A stretch of DNA of 64,000 nt from the human T2T-CHM13v2.0 reference genome, Homo sapiens. A program made the translations under genes and the position numbers. Below the pieces are notes generated by a model that was not told the origin of the DNA, did not search any database, and was given only the letters and a program-made list of their open reading frames with translations. Shown in pieces: positions 43,887-59,798 of the stretch; position 1 is the stretch's first letter, and each line of letters begins with the position of its first letter. The DNA lies in NCBI RefSeq assembly GCF_009914755.1, contig NC_060939.1; one strand, given 5' to 3'.

Positions 43887-44330
43887 TAATGACTCAGGGT
43901 TTTACTAGGAACATAGGATCTCAGAATATTCCCTTTATAAACAATTTAGTATAGTTTCTAATTTTAAAGATGAGGCAATGGAGGAACAGGGAGTTTAAGT
44001 TGTCCAAAGGTACACAGGAGAATTAATGAACACTCCTATAATCTGCCTTTGGATACTAATATGTTAAAGCCCTGGAGAGTACCATACTTAGTGGCCTCAA
44101 ACTGCTTTTTTTGAGATGGAGCCTCGCTCAGTTGCCCAGGCTGGAGTGCAGTGGTGCAATCTTGTCTCTTGAACCCACTTCCCAGGTTCAAGCAATTTTC
44201 TTGCCTCAGCCTCCCGAGTAGCTGGGAATACAGGTGTGCACCACCATGCCCAGCTACTTTTTGTATTTTTAGTAGAGTTGAGATTTCACCATGTTGGCCA
44301 GGCTGGTCTCAAACGCCTGACCTCAAGTGA

Positions 44331-44465
<135 letters not shown>

Positions 44466-44653
44466 TAGCTATTTCTTTTCTTTTTCTTCCTTTCTTTTTT
44501 TTTTTGAGACAGGGACTCAATCTTTCGCCCAGGCTATAGTGAAGTGGTACGATCATGACTTACTGCAGCCTTGACCTCTTGGGCTTAAGCGTTTCTCCCA
44601 TCTCAGCCTCCTGAGTAGCTGGGACCATAGGCATGACCACCACACACAGCTAA

Positions 44654-44899
<246 letters not shown>

Positions 44900-45180
44900 T
44901 GATCTGCCTGCCTCGGCCTCCCAAAGTGCTGGGCTTACAGGTGTGAGCCACTGTGCCTGGCCCTAAAACTGTTTTTTTAGAGATGGGGTCTCACTATGTT
45001 GCCCAGGCTCATCTAGAACTCCTGGGCTCAAGCAATCTGCCTGCCTTGGCCCCCAAAGTGCTAGGACTCCAGGGGTGAACCACCATGCCCAAACTGTACT
45101 CCTTCTTTATTTTTAGACCTCTGTCTTTTCCTCCAGACAATACAATTCAACATTTAATACAAAGAAAAACAAAAATTTAC

Positions 45181-45258
45181 CAACTGTAGACGAAACATAG
45201 TATATGTAAGAAGAACCAGTCTGAACATCAAATCTTCTACAGTATGCAATCAACAGGC
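45181..45258 (-). CDS. SPPL2A: SPPL2A exon 13: (G)LLIAYCRRFDVQTGSSYIYYVSSTV
   Basis: tttaag|GC...GTTG|gtaaat, 78 nt, phase 1-1. Confidence 0.96.
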
Positions 45259-45462
45259 CTTAAAAACAAAACAAAACATTATTTTCTTAAAACAATAACA
45301 GCAATGCAAATTCAATTGTTAACAATAGTAAGTATATGTTATATTGAATCTTCATTGTTGCATTATAAGAACATTCAAGTACCTCAAATTCTTGACAAAA
45401 TTTTATATGCTGATTTTAAAAATACTTAATACCATAGTTTAAACATTTCCTCAAGCTATTAA

Positions 45463-45792
<330 letters not shown>

Positions 45793-45849
45793 TGAGCCAC
45801 CAAGCCCAGCCATGAAGAAAACTTTTAAAATTTATCATTAAAAAATATA

Positions 45850-46530
45850 TTGAACAGACAAATGGGTTTACATCAAACTAAAAAGCTTCTGCACAGCCAA
45901 GGAAACAGTCAACAAAGTGAAGAAAACACCTGTGAAATGGGAGAAAATATTTGCAAACTATGTATCTGATAAGGGGTTAACACCTAAAATATATTAATAT
46001 AAGGAACTCAAACAACTCAATAATAAGTAAACAACCCAATTAGAAAATGGGCAAAGGATTTGAGTAGCTAATTCTCAATAGAAGACACATAAATAGCCAA
46101 CAGGTATATGAAAAAATTGCTCAAAATCACTAATCATCAGAAAAATGCAAATTAAAACCACAATGAGATATCGCCTTACATATGTTAGAATGGCTGTTAT
46201 TAAAAAGATGAAAAGTAAGCCTTAGAGACGATGTACCAAAAGGGAACCCTGTACATTGCTTATGGGAATGTAAATTAGTGTAGCCATTATGGAAACCAGT
46301 ATGGTGGTTCTTCAGAAAATTAAAATTAGAACTACCATTAGGTCTAATAATCCCACTACTGGGTATATATCCAAAGGAACTGAAATCAGTATGTCAAAGA
46401 GATATTTGCATTCCCATATTCACTGCAGCATTATTCGCAATAGCCAAGATATGGAAGCAACCTAAGTGTCCATCAACAGATGAATGAATAAAAAAATGTG
46501 GTACATACACAGACTGGAATACTATTCAGT
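45850..46530 (+). mobile_element. L1MA-like ORF2/3' fragment
   Basis: catcaaactaaaaagcttctgcacagcc, caaattaaaaccacaatgagata, caacctaagtgtccatcaacagatgaatg. Confidence 0.9.
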
Positions 46531-46554
46531 TGGGTTTTTTTTGTTTTTTTTTGA

Positions 46555-46683
<129 letters not shown>

Positions 46684-47445
46684 TAACACACACAGCTAAT
46701 TTTTGTATTTTTAGTAGAGATGGGGTTTCACCATGTTGGCCAGGCTGGTCTTGAACTCCTGTCCTCAAGTGATCTACCTGCCTCAGTCTCCCAAAGGGCC
46801 GGGATTACAGGCATGAGCCGCCAAGCTCGGCTCATGCTTTCATTTGTGAATATGCAATTATGCAGAAACAACTCATTTAATATCTATTTCTTGTAAGAAA
46901 TTTGTTGAACCTTTTCTTCTTCCCAAAGAAGAAATCTCAGCTTGTCATGTATTGTCAGTACCTCTGCTCTTTGGAGAAATATTTTTGTTTTAGACCTTTG
47001 ACATTTACTTCAATAATGTAGTATTTATATGCTATTTTTACCAGTTCTATGCCAAGTTCTATATAGAAGATCTTGTATAGCCCTTGGTGTGGAAATGGTA
47101 AAATCAGGCATAAGTTTAATGATATTCAAAGAAGTGTAAGGTTACTCAATAGAATGTTTTCCTTATTTTATCAATTATGTGAATCAAGATTCACTGAGCT
47201 AACATGTCAACTTGCAAGGCAACGCTGCTAGCTTTTCTCTCTCTACCTGGTTTTACTATGTAAATAGAAGGGCTTTTTCAGAAGCACCAGTACTCCTCAC
47301 CCATCCACCACAGGCAGTTAGTACATAGGAAGACTAAGAAAAATGAAGAAGGAGCCGGCGCGGTGGCTCACGCCTGTAATCCCAGCACTTTGGGAGGCCG
47401 AAGCGGGCAGATCACAAGGTCAGGAGATCGAGACCATCCTGGCTA

Positions 47446-47709
<264 letters not shown>

Positions 47710-48277
47710 TTATTAATGGGCTTGGATTAAGTTTATTCTACAGACAGAGCAGTGAGGAAAGTAAGGCAAAACTACACTGTCAGAGCAGACATGCTAAGAG
47801 ATGGTGATCAGTTCCACTATAAACTGTGTCTTTTTGTATTACGCAGTCCTACAAGCTGGTGTTCTTCTATGTTTCTCCTCTTGATCACAGCCTTGCCTAA
47901 TATTCTTAAACCCCTTTTTCTAAAACATAACTATTATCTTAAAATATAAGTAATATAAACTATTTGTTTGGCATTATTATATTCAACTTCTAAAAAGAGT
48001 CACAAATATACTTTCTTGAAGAAGAAGGTTAAACTGATCCTAGTTGCTTTCTCTAACAAACTTTTTGAGCCATGGGAGCTATTGCAGTACTTTAGTTGTT
48101 ACCATTTGGGCTTTACCTTCTACCCCTCAACAAGCTTTTTTGTTATGACAATCTCAGCTCTAGTGACAGCCAGAAATAGTTAATACAGAGTAGGTAACTT
48201 TTAACAGATTCTATACATATGACGATTTAAAATCATCAGTGTTTTTTTTTTTAACTAAAATTGTTACAATTGCTTAC

Positions 48278-48842
<565 letters not shown>

Positions 48843-49129
48843 TAAAGGAACTTGAAATACTCTGTTTCTATCTATTTCCAAAAGAAAAAGATTAGTTTTG
48901 AAAAAAATGCTCAACACACATGTAGGATTAACAGTATTAACCAAGTATCCCCACATTTAACCTTTTTTTTTTCTCTTTACCAAGGATAGAACTCAGGCCT
49001 TGAAACATAGAAAACAGAACAGGCCTAATTTTTTTTGGCAATCTGGATTTTTTTTTCCCCCAAAGAAGAGTCTTGTCTCAGAGGGTATGATTTAAAGTCC
49101 AATGAACATATCTAAAATACAATCCTTAC

Positions 49130-49183
49130 TTTCTCATGGGGAGCTGAGGGTTGACCAGTGGCTTCCACCAAGTTTCCATCATT
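49130..49183 (-). CDS. SPPL2A: Candidate alternative SPPL2A exon '11a' (54 nt, phase 0-0): NDGNLVEATGQPSAPHEK
   Basis: catcctag|AATGAT...GAGAAA|gtaagg. No stop, frame-preserving, non-repetitive and similar to exon 11. Confidence 0.7.
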
Positions 49184-49377
49184 CTAGGATGAAACCCAAG
49201 TCAATAGGTATTTAATAATTTAGAATAACTAAGAAAAGAGCTATATTTTCTGAGAAATAAGTTTTACAATACCTTAACATGCACTATGTGGCCAGTGAAT
49301 TACACAGGAAGGCAAATTATTAACCGGATACACATACATACACTGGATAGCCATTTCTATTTCATTGCCATCCCTAC

Positions 49378-49434
49378 CTTTTCATTATTTCCAAAAGGTC
49401 CAGCTGCGAGTTCAACCATGATACTCTCACCATT
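49378..49434 (-). CDS. SPPL2A: SPPL2A exon 11: NGESIMVELAAGPFGNNEK
   Basis: ttttag|AAT...AAG|gtaggg, 57 nt, phase 0-0. Confidence 0.96.
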
Positions 49435-51377
49435 CTAAAATTGAGAAGGAAAAGAAGTTGTCTAATCATTTAAAGAGAACAATCTGCCACTATTCAAGTG
49501 TGATTTAAGCCCCATGGCATATGGCCAGTTACACTGATTGAAAATGGGCTGCAGACTGCTTTTTTCCTAAAGTCTTTGTAGATTGCAAAAACTGAAGTCA
49601 TCTAAAACAAAGTCCACCTAGTACAGTTGCTCCACTTTATCAGAGCTCAATAATTCTCAGAAATTGGCAAATGAATCATGTAAAAATAATTCAAGTGAAC
49701 CCTCAGTTCTGATTTGTAATGACATATTCATATCTGACATTTGTAATGGGTTAAAAATTTTAGGTACAGTACTTTTAGTTACATTATGCCTTATACTATA
49801 TGTTCTTAGCAGTTTTCAGTAATGTCAGTGAAGAAGATCATACTAAAATCTTTTACACTTAGCTTTGTAAAAAATATTGGTAACTTTATTTGAATAAATA
49901 TACATCTGACCTTCTGGCTACTCACCACAATAACAAAACAATGAAACCAAACTCGAAAAGACCCAACCCTATAGAATCTGAGAAGCTTCTCTAGCCTAAC
50001 TCTCATCCAATTTCAGCCCTGCCTGCTTTCTATGATCCAATCAAAACATTAACCTTAGCTAAATTTCCCTCCCTTGTGCCTGGATAAAGTCTTTTTATGT
50101 GGGTTGTGTGAGGGGTTCATTTAAAAATTTTTTCCTGATAGCCAAGTCTGTTGTGGAGAGGGAAAACATTGTGAGGCAGCAAGCTAAGACTGCATGAACC
50201 ACTCATTTTATCATTCGTATTATTGTAGTGTATCAGCAAAGCAGGTACAGGGAAGATAAACAAATGCTGAATTTCAGGAAAATTTGATTGACTAACTATA
50301 ATATTTTCCATGTGGGTGGGGTGCACAGGAGAAACCACTTGAGTGTTTTTAAAAGGACCTCACTGATTCCTGAGCTGAGCAGAAAGGAGGATAAAACCCG
50401 TAGCTGCAGAAATCTTCTGCGCATGTTAAGCTTTGGGTTACAGAGGGGTTAAGTCAAAGGAGTTTAGGAAAATAAACTAATACTAAGTACAGTTCCTTAA
50501 AGCAGATTCCCAGGTTGTGATAACATTTCCAGATAAAGAGTTCATTTTGGTTCACTTTCTAATTGTTATGTAAAACATTTAACTGAAGACCATCATTGAC
50601 ATCCTCCCATACATTTAAAGATACCCGAGTAACTACTACTTCTAAGACACAATACTGAGCACAGTGGTGGACGGAAAAAAATGAACAAGACAGGCTCTTA
50701 TTGCTGTACTCTTATGGTGACCTGCCTTGCCAACTCACTAGAAGGCCACTAATACTTGGGTCAAGAACATGTTTAGAATATGCAATATTTAATCCTTCAA
50801 ATTTACAGTGAAAACCAGGAAAATCAGCAATCTGATTTTTGAGTTACCTACTAAACTAAGGCCTGCTGCCTTAATAAAAACAAACAAATCAGACTCAGAA
50901 GAAGGTATTAAAGTAAATCTACAGCAGTGAACTCCAAAGAGCGAGCACTTAGCTTTTTCCACCACATTAGGTTGCTAGAAATCATGTTCCTAGTCAGTAG
51001 GAACTAAGATAGAAATAGGAAGACGAAAAATTTCTTAAGCACAAAAGAAAGAAGGCTAAAAGACACCTTTATTTTCATCCTATACCTTTAAAATTCTGAA
51101 ACATTCTATGTATATGGAATGCAAACAGTTTGCTGGGGCAGATATGTTTATTCACAAAGTGAAGAGTAGTGTCAGAATGGAAAAGTTATTTTAAAAAACA
51201 GTTTAGTTACAGTTTACAGCTGTATCTACTGTGTAATATATGTGTCATATGTTATGGATTATCTGTTGATTTATGGAAATGGCTTTGTAGAGGGAACATT
51301 TCACTTTTGCTATGAGATCTCTCATGGGGTATCCTACAAAAACACACTTTTGAACCAAGTTAAAAATACCCTAATAA

Positions 51378-51608
<231 letters not shown>

Positions 51609-51781
51609 TAGCCAGGATGGTCTCAATCTCCTGACCTCGTGATCCGCCCACCTTGGCCTCCCGAAGTGCTGGGATTACAGGCGTGAACCACTGCGCTCGG
51701 CCAACAATTTCTTTTTTTGAAACGGAGTCTCACTCTGTTGCCCAGGCTGGAGTGCAGTGGCACGATCTCGGCTCACTGTAA

Positions 51782-52246
<465 letters not shown>

Positions 52247-54021
52247 TGATCTGCCTGCCTTGGCCTCCCAAAGTGTTGGGATTATAGGCATTAGCCACCG
52301 CACCTGGCCAAATTAACAAGTTTAGTTATAACCCATAATACTAGTTCTATGAATTTTTCTTTTTTTAGGTTACTATTGTTCAGTGAAGTCAATGAATCAA
52401 ATGGCTCATCATTAAGTGACAGAAAGGTGCTAGTAAAATGGTTTGGTTAGGCCAGGCATATGCCAGCTGACCCATATGCCAGCTTGGGCAATATGGTAAA
52501 ACCCCATCTCTACAAAAAATACAAAAATTGGCTGGGTATAATGGCGTGTCCCTGTAGTACCAGCTATTTGGGAAGCTGAGGTGGTAGGATCACCTGGGCC
52601 TCAGGAGGTTAAGGCTGCAGTAAGTCATAATTGAGCCACTGAACTCCAGCTTGGGCGGCAGACCGAGACCCAGTCTCAAAGAAGAGGAAAAAACCAAAAA
52701 AAAGGTTTGTGTCTCAAAGAAGAGGAAAAAAAAAAGTTTGGTTGGTTAGCTGTATTTTGGGACAGTTAATTATATTTGTTACCTATTACAATTTTAGCTC
52801 CCCAATAGGGTACAGTTTGTCTTTATGCCATTATAGCAAATATCAGAAGTGTAGATTTTTACAGTGATTTCACAGATGATAGGTTTAATGAATGGGTAAA
52901 GAAGAAATGAGGCCAAGCACTATGGCTCATGCCTGTAATCCCAATACTCTGGGAGGCCAACGTGGGAGGACTCCTGGGCTTGAGCCCAGGAGTTTGAGGC
53001 TGCAGTGAACTAGGACTGTGCCATTGCACTTCAGCCTCAAGACTCGGCCTTTTAAAAAAAAAGAAGGAATGATAAATAAAGTAGAGAATATCAAATACTT
53101 AAATATATGAGTGACAAAGGATAAATGGATAATATAAAGTTACAAAGCAAGACTCAAAATGGGAGAAAGTAGGGGAATTAAGCAATAATTAATATTATAT
53201 TCATGAGACAGGAAAAGGATCAAGGTAGAAAAGCTTGACAAATAATTAAGGACCACCATACTCACCCAACACCTCTCCTCATTTTACTGAAGAGCTAGCG
53301 GCAGATCTGGGAATATATGACCTAGGAGCTGCCAGTTGCTCAGATTCTAACTTCATGGAAAAAGCCAGTCTGAGAGAATGAACAAATGGACAGAAGCAAA
53401 AAGGGAGAGTATGTGGCCCTGAGTCTAGTTTCTCTTGACGCCAGTCCCACACTGGCCTACAAACACAGCCTAGATAAATGGGACCTTTTTGGTACAGAAG
53501 GCTTCGGTTGGGTTCTGTTAGTTGGAACCAAAAGAATTCCACTGATGGAGGTGGAAGATGAATAGCTAGCAGTACTCCCTCATTCAACGCGTTAGTAAAT
53601 GCAAGCAGAAAGGGCTAAGTAACTTGCCTATGGTTGCAAGGTTACAGAGCTACATTCTAGGCCTTCCGATTTCCAGCGTGCTGCTCTTTCTTAGTCTCAA
53701 ACTAGGGCTTCAGAAATGATATTTTATTTTTTTTATTGTCTATATTGCCTACAGTAAACATTTAGCTCATAAGAAAAAATACTTTAAAAAGGGAAGAAAA
53801 GTACAGATATTCTCATATTTATATCAGTCAAGAGACATTTTAAAATCTAACAAAATGGATTAAAAGCTTGAAAGTTAAAAGGCCAATTTCAATGACAGTT
53901 CTTTTAAGAGAATTAGAATTCACTCAGTGGTAAACATCTGCAAAATTAATAATCTAGGAGCAGATTTAAGATGATCATTTTTTAGCATGTTTCTTCACCC
54001 ATTTCAAAAATATGGTCATAC

Positions 54022-54096
54022 CTTTGTGATGAATGGTGTTATGAAAACAAAAAATACATCATAGAGGAGGAGAAGGCCTAGAAGTATCACACATGA
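54022..54096 (-). CDS. SPPL2A: SPPL2A exon 10: SCVILLGLLLLYDVFFVFITPFITK, containing the catalytic YD
   Basis: tgacag|TCA...AAG|gtatga, 75 nt. YD at 54063-54058. Confidence 0.97.
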
Positions 54097-54492
54097 CTGT
54101 CAAAGAAAGAAACAAAATTAAAGGTCAATCTTCCTAAATGTAAATGAAGGCATTAAATTGTTTTTCAAGTGCAAATAAATATATGAATATACATTTAAAT
54201 ATTACTTTTAAAAAGATATCTTATGGTTAATACTATGTATAGTTTTATTCTACATATTAAAACCCTTATCTTCTTTATCTTATTTTTTTAAAAAAAATCA
54301 CCGAACCAAAGAAATGTGCTGGGTTGGGCCTGGTGGCTCACGCCTGTAATCCCAGCACTTTGGGAGACTGAGGCGGGGCGGATCACGAGGTCAAGAGTTC
54401 GAGACCAGCCTGGCCAACATGGTGAAACCCCGTCTCTACTAAGACTACAAAAATTAGCCGGGCATGGTGGCACGTGCCTATAAACCCAGCTA

Positions 54493-55025
<533 letters not shown>

Positions 55026-55194
55026 TTAGGCAGGGTGCAGTGGCTCATGCCTGTAATCCCAGCACTTTGGGAGGCCAAATCAGAAGGACTGCTTGTGGCC
55101 AGAAGTTTAAGAACAGCTTGGGTAGCACAGCAAGACCCCTATCTCTACAAAACCAAACAAACAAAATTTAGCTAAAATAAAGTGTACACATGGA

Positions 55195-55620
55195 TAAGAG
55201 TGAGGAATAACAGGCACTGGGATACTCGGCATGGTGGAAGAGTTAGAAGGGGTGAGGGATGAGAAATTACTTAATGGGGACAAAACACATTAGTCGAGTG
55301 ATGGTTATACTATAAGCCTCATCACTACCCAACATATCCATGTAATAAAACTACACTTGAACCCCTTAAATTTATACAAATAAAAGAAAGAAAAAAAAAA
55401 CAATAGTTTAGCTAGCAAATCAGTGGTTGTCTGGGCCTGGGGGTTAAGGACTGATTGCAAAGGCCATGGTAGAGCTTTTGGAAGAGATGAGAAATGTTCT
55501 ACAACTTCACTGGGATAGTGGTTATAAAGTTACACATTCATAAAATTTTCATAAACAGTACGCCAAAAATTGGCGCATTTAATTGTAGGTAAATTATGCC
55601 TTAATAAAGTTGTCTTTTAA
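55195..55620 (+). mobile_element. L1 3'-end fragments (L1PB/MA-like followed by L1ME-like)
   Basis: gggatgagaaattacttaatggg...catcactacccaacatatccatgtaataaaactacacttg, then tcagtggttgtctggg...aaattatgccttaataaag. Confidence 0.7.
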
Positions 55621-55660
55621 AAATTTATTTTAACTAGCAAAGTAGTATTGTATACATTAC

Positions 55661-55742
55661 CTTGAAGTTGGGCAACTTCAGTGTTTTAATTAAATTCAGA
55701 CAGAAAGCAATCCCCAAGATATCCTGTAAAATCCAAGCCCAC
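55661..55742 (-). CDS. SPPL2A: SPPL2A exon 9: (R)WAWILQDILGIAFCLNLIKTLKLPNFK
   Basis: ttttag|GTGG...AAG|gtaatg, 82 nt. Confidence 0.97.
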
Positions 55743-55808
55743 CTAAAATCAAAAAATATTACTCTATTGCTTTATCAATGTTTAGATGAAGCCTTTCAAA
55801 AGACATAG

Positions 55809-56012
<204 letters not shown>

Positions 56013-56569
56013 TGATTTCTGACTATTCAATTATTAAACAGCAAGCATAACAACAAAACCCCTCATATACTCTATATTTGGTAATTTTACTGTCCTAGTA
56101 GAATAATGAATATTATTACACTAAGAAAAAGTTGAAAAGGCTACCTCAGAAGAACATATATCAGACATAAGTGCATTAACACGTCTCGCTCTAGAAAACA
56201 GCTGTTAACAAAATACCAGTGTTAACACAGATCCAAATAGCTTGAACATAAAGAAAACAAGAGCTATGCAACTTACTCCATCAGAAATTGACATAAGTAA
56301 TTATCCATTGATTATCCTACCTGAAGCTGCATAAAGCTGTATGAGCTTTGTTTCCCAAATTTTAGGCCATTAAATCCTTTCAGTCCTCAATAATTTTATT
56401 AATAAACCATTAATATAAACCTAAGTATATATTTTTTCTGGTTATCTTCCTACAAATGAACAGATATCTGTATATTTTCTTATATCCCCCTCTTTCTTGC
56501 ATAAAAGACAGCATACTCTCTATATTTTTTTGCACTTTGCTTTTTTCACTTAAAAAAATACAAATATCA

Positions 56570-57900
56570 AATCAAAGTGGATTAAAGACTTAAATCTAAG
56601 ACCTGAAACTATGATGCTACTTGATGAAAACATTGGGGAAATGCTCCAGGACATTGGTCTTGGCAAAGATTTCTTGAGTAAGACTTGAAAAGCACAGACA
56701 ACGAAAGCAAAAATGGACAAATGGAATCACATCAAGCTAAAAGGTTTTGCATGGCAAAGGAAAAATCAAGAAAGTGAAGAAACAACCCACAGAATGAAAG
56801 AAAATATCTGCAAACTACCCATCTGACAAGCAATTAATAACCAGAATATGTAAGGAGCTCAAACAACTCAATAGAAAAAAAAAAGTAATCCAATTAAAAA
56901 TTGGGCAAAATATCTGAATAGACATTTCTCCAAAGACATAAAAATAACCAACAGATATATGAAAAAATGCTCAACATCTCCAATCAGATGAAATCTGATT
57001 GCAATTAGAGAAATGTAAATCAAAACTACAATGAGATATCATCTCATCCCAGAATGCTGGCAAGGATGTGGGAAAAGGGGAAACCTTGTACACTGTTGGT
57101 GGGAATGTAAATTACCACAGCCACTATGAAGAACAGTATGGAAATTCCTCAAAAAAACTAAAAACAGAATTACCATATGATCCAGCAATCCCGCCATTGG
57201 ATATACATGCAAAAGAAAGGAACTCAGTATATCAAAGAGATACCTGAACTCTCATGTTTATTGCAGCACTATTCGCCATAGCCAAGATATGGAATCAACC
57301 TAAGTGTCCACCAGTGGATAAAGGAAATATTATACACACTCATATATATATAATTTTACAAATACACACAATGGAATATTATTCAGCCATAAAAAATAAT
57401 GAAGTCTTGTCATTTGCAAAGACATGGATGGAACTGAAGACATCATGTTAAGTGAAATAAGCCAAGCACGGAAAGACAAATATTGCATGTTCTCACTCAT
57501 CGTGGGAGCTAAAATTAAGAAAATAAAAATAAAAAATGGAACTCATGGAGATAGTAGAATGATGGTTACCAGAGGCTAAAAAAAGGTAGAGAGTGGGGGT
57601 GATAAAGTGAAGATGGTTAATGGGTGCAAAAATATAGCTAAATAAAATAAATAAGATCTAGTGTTTGGTAGCACAATAAGGTGATACAGTTAATAACTTA
57701 TTGTATATTGTAAAAATAACTAAAAGAGTGAAATTGGAATGTTCCCAACACAAAGAAATGACAAAGGCTTGAGGTGATGGATACCACTATTACTCTGATG
57801 TGATCATTCACATTGAATGCCTGTATCAAAACACCACATGTATCCCGTAAATATATATAGTCATTATGTTCCCATAATAATTAAAAATAAAACTTTTTAA
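56570..57900 (+). mobile_element. L1MA-like element (end of ORF2 plus 3' UTR)
   Basis: tggattaaagacttaaatctaagacctgaaact, atgtttattgcagcactattc, gcctgtatcaaaacaccacatg...aataattaaaaataaa. Confidence 0.9.
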
Positions 57901-58544
57901 AAAGTATAGACTGTGCTCCTTTTTGTACTTTATATATCATAGAGTATATTCTCTCTCTCTCTTTTCTTTTTTTGTTTTTTTGAGACGGAGTTGCACTCTT
58001 ATTCCCCAGGCTGGAGTGCAATAGTGTGATCTCAGCTCACTGCAACCTCTGCCTTGGGTTCAAGTGATTCTCTTGCCTCAGCCTCCTGAGTAGCTGGGAT
58101 TACAGGCGCATGCCACCATGCCCGGCTAATTCTGTATTTTTAAGTAGAGACGAGGCTTCTCCATGTTGGTCAGGGTGGTCTCGAACTCCTGACCACAGGT
58201 GATCTGCCCACCTCAAGCCTCCAAAAGTGCTGGGATTACAGGTATGAGCCACCATGCCCGGCAAGTATGTTCTCTTTTGTATCTGACTACTTTCACTTGG
58301 CATTACGTTTGAGATTCATTCACGCCTCTGCATGTGGTATATGGCTTACTTATTGGTGAACAGTATTCCATTGTGTAAATATAACGTAATGTATTCACCC
58401 ATTCAAAGTTTGATGGACATTTTGATTGTTTCTGCACTCTCTCTCTCTTTCTCTCTCTCCTGGAACTCCCTGCATATCAATTCATAGAGATCTTCATTGT
58501 TTAGAGCTGCACTGCACTCAACTGTGTGGCTATACCAAAATTAA

Positions 58545-58626
58545 GTGTGTGTATATATACACACACACACATACATATATACACACACACACATATATAC
58601 ATACACACACACACACACACACACAT
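58545..58626. repeat. Compound (TA)/(CA) microsatellite
   Basis: Read directly from the sequence. Confidence 0.85.
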
Positions 58627-59158
58627 ATTTTTTTGAGATAGAGTTTCACTCTTGTTGCCCAGGCTGGAGTGCAATGGCGCGATCTTGGCTCACTGCAACC
58701 TCCGCTCACTGCAACCTCCGCCTCCCGGGTTCAAGCGATTCTCCTGCCTCAGCCTCCCGAGTAGCTGGGATTACAGGCATGCACTACCACGCCTGGCTAA
58801 TTTTTTGTATTTTTAGTAGAGACGGGGTTTCTCCATGTTGGTCAGGCTGGTCTCAAACTCCCGACCTCAGGTGATCCGCCTGCCTCGGCCTCCCAAAGTG
58901 CTGGGATTACAGGCGTGAAATTAAGTATATTTTTAAAGTCTATTTCAGTGTATGTGTTAAAATCATAATTCATATTTCCTTCTCTATATGAGTTCAAATG
59001 CATTAACATAAGATCTGCTTATTTAAGAAGTAGTTCATTACAAGACTGGTGTTCTGGCATAGAAGCAAAAAAATTCCATAATAATCATAATAAGTATCAG
59101 GGCAAGATAGGAAACAATTCATCCTTAATCTAAAAGCAAATACATTGAGTATTCATAC

Positions 59159-59260
59159 CTGTCTTCATTTCGAAACACAGCCCAAACAACAGCTACTGCT
59201 ATGCACAGTCCAGAGAGAAAAATAAGTCTCACTTCCATGTTTTTGCCACGACATGCAATC
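59159..59260 (-). CDS. SPPL2A: SPPL2A exon 8: (T)IACRGKNMEVRLIFLSGLCIAVAVVWAVFRNED(R)
   Basis: ttttag|GATT...GACAG|gtatga, 102 nt. Confidence 0.97.
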
Positions 59261-59419
59261 CTAAAAAACAGATTAAAATAGTTAACACTGCAGATGAAGT
59301 ACAATGTTCACTTGATATAAGAAGTAGCAAATATTAACCACAGTCATAAGAAGTGACTGAAATATCAATTTTGAAAGTCTTGATTTTAAGTAAAACAAAT
59401 GAGACGTAATAAAATGTTT

Positions 59420-59620
59420 ATCAGTCCAATATAATTTTCTGTGATGATGAATAATGTACTATATCTGTGCTGTCCAATATAGTAGCTACTAGTCATATGT
59501 GGCTATTGAGCACTTGAAATGTGGCTAATAAGAATGAAAAACTCAATTTTTAATTTTATTTAATTTTACTTAAATTTAAATTTAAACACCTGTAGGTCCA
59601 ATGTATATTGGACTATATAG
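59420..59620. mobile_element. MER3-like hAT-Charlie MITE
   Basis: ctgtgctgtccaatatagtagctactagtcatatgtggctattgagcacttgaaatgtggcta. Confidence 0.75.
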
Positions 59621-59701
59621 GTTTCAAATAATACTCCTACTTTTGTATTGTTTCAAATTATAAACACCAACATTATAAGATTTCCTGTAAGAGATACGTA
59701 C

Positions 59702-59798
59702 GTGCATTGTCCATATGGTATCTTATGAATTAGTGCAGCAAGACAGTTGTACAGACTCATTGCTGATGCTATGCAGAAAATTGCTATCATAACATAAA
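59702..59798 (-). CDS. SPPL2A: SPPL2A exon 7: (V)YVMIAIFCIASAMSLYNCLAALIHKIPYGQC(T)
   Basis: tttcag|TT...TGCAC|gtacgt, 97 nt. Confidence 0.96.

Noticed and set aside
57254-57451. [22 protein letters not shown]...
   Set aside because: C-terminal remnant of a dead L1 ORF2.
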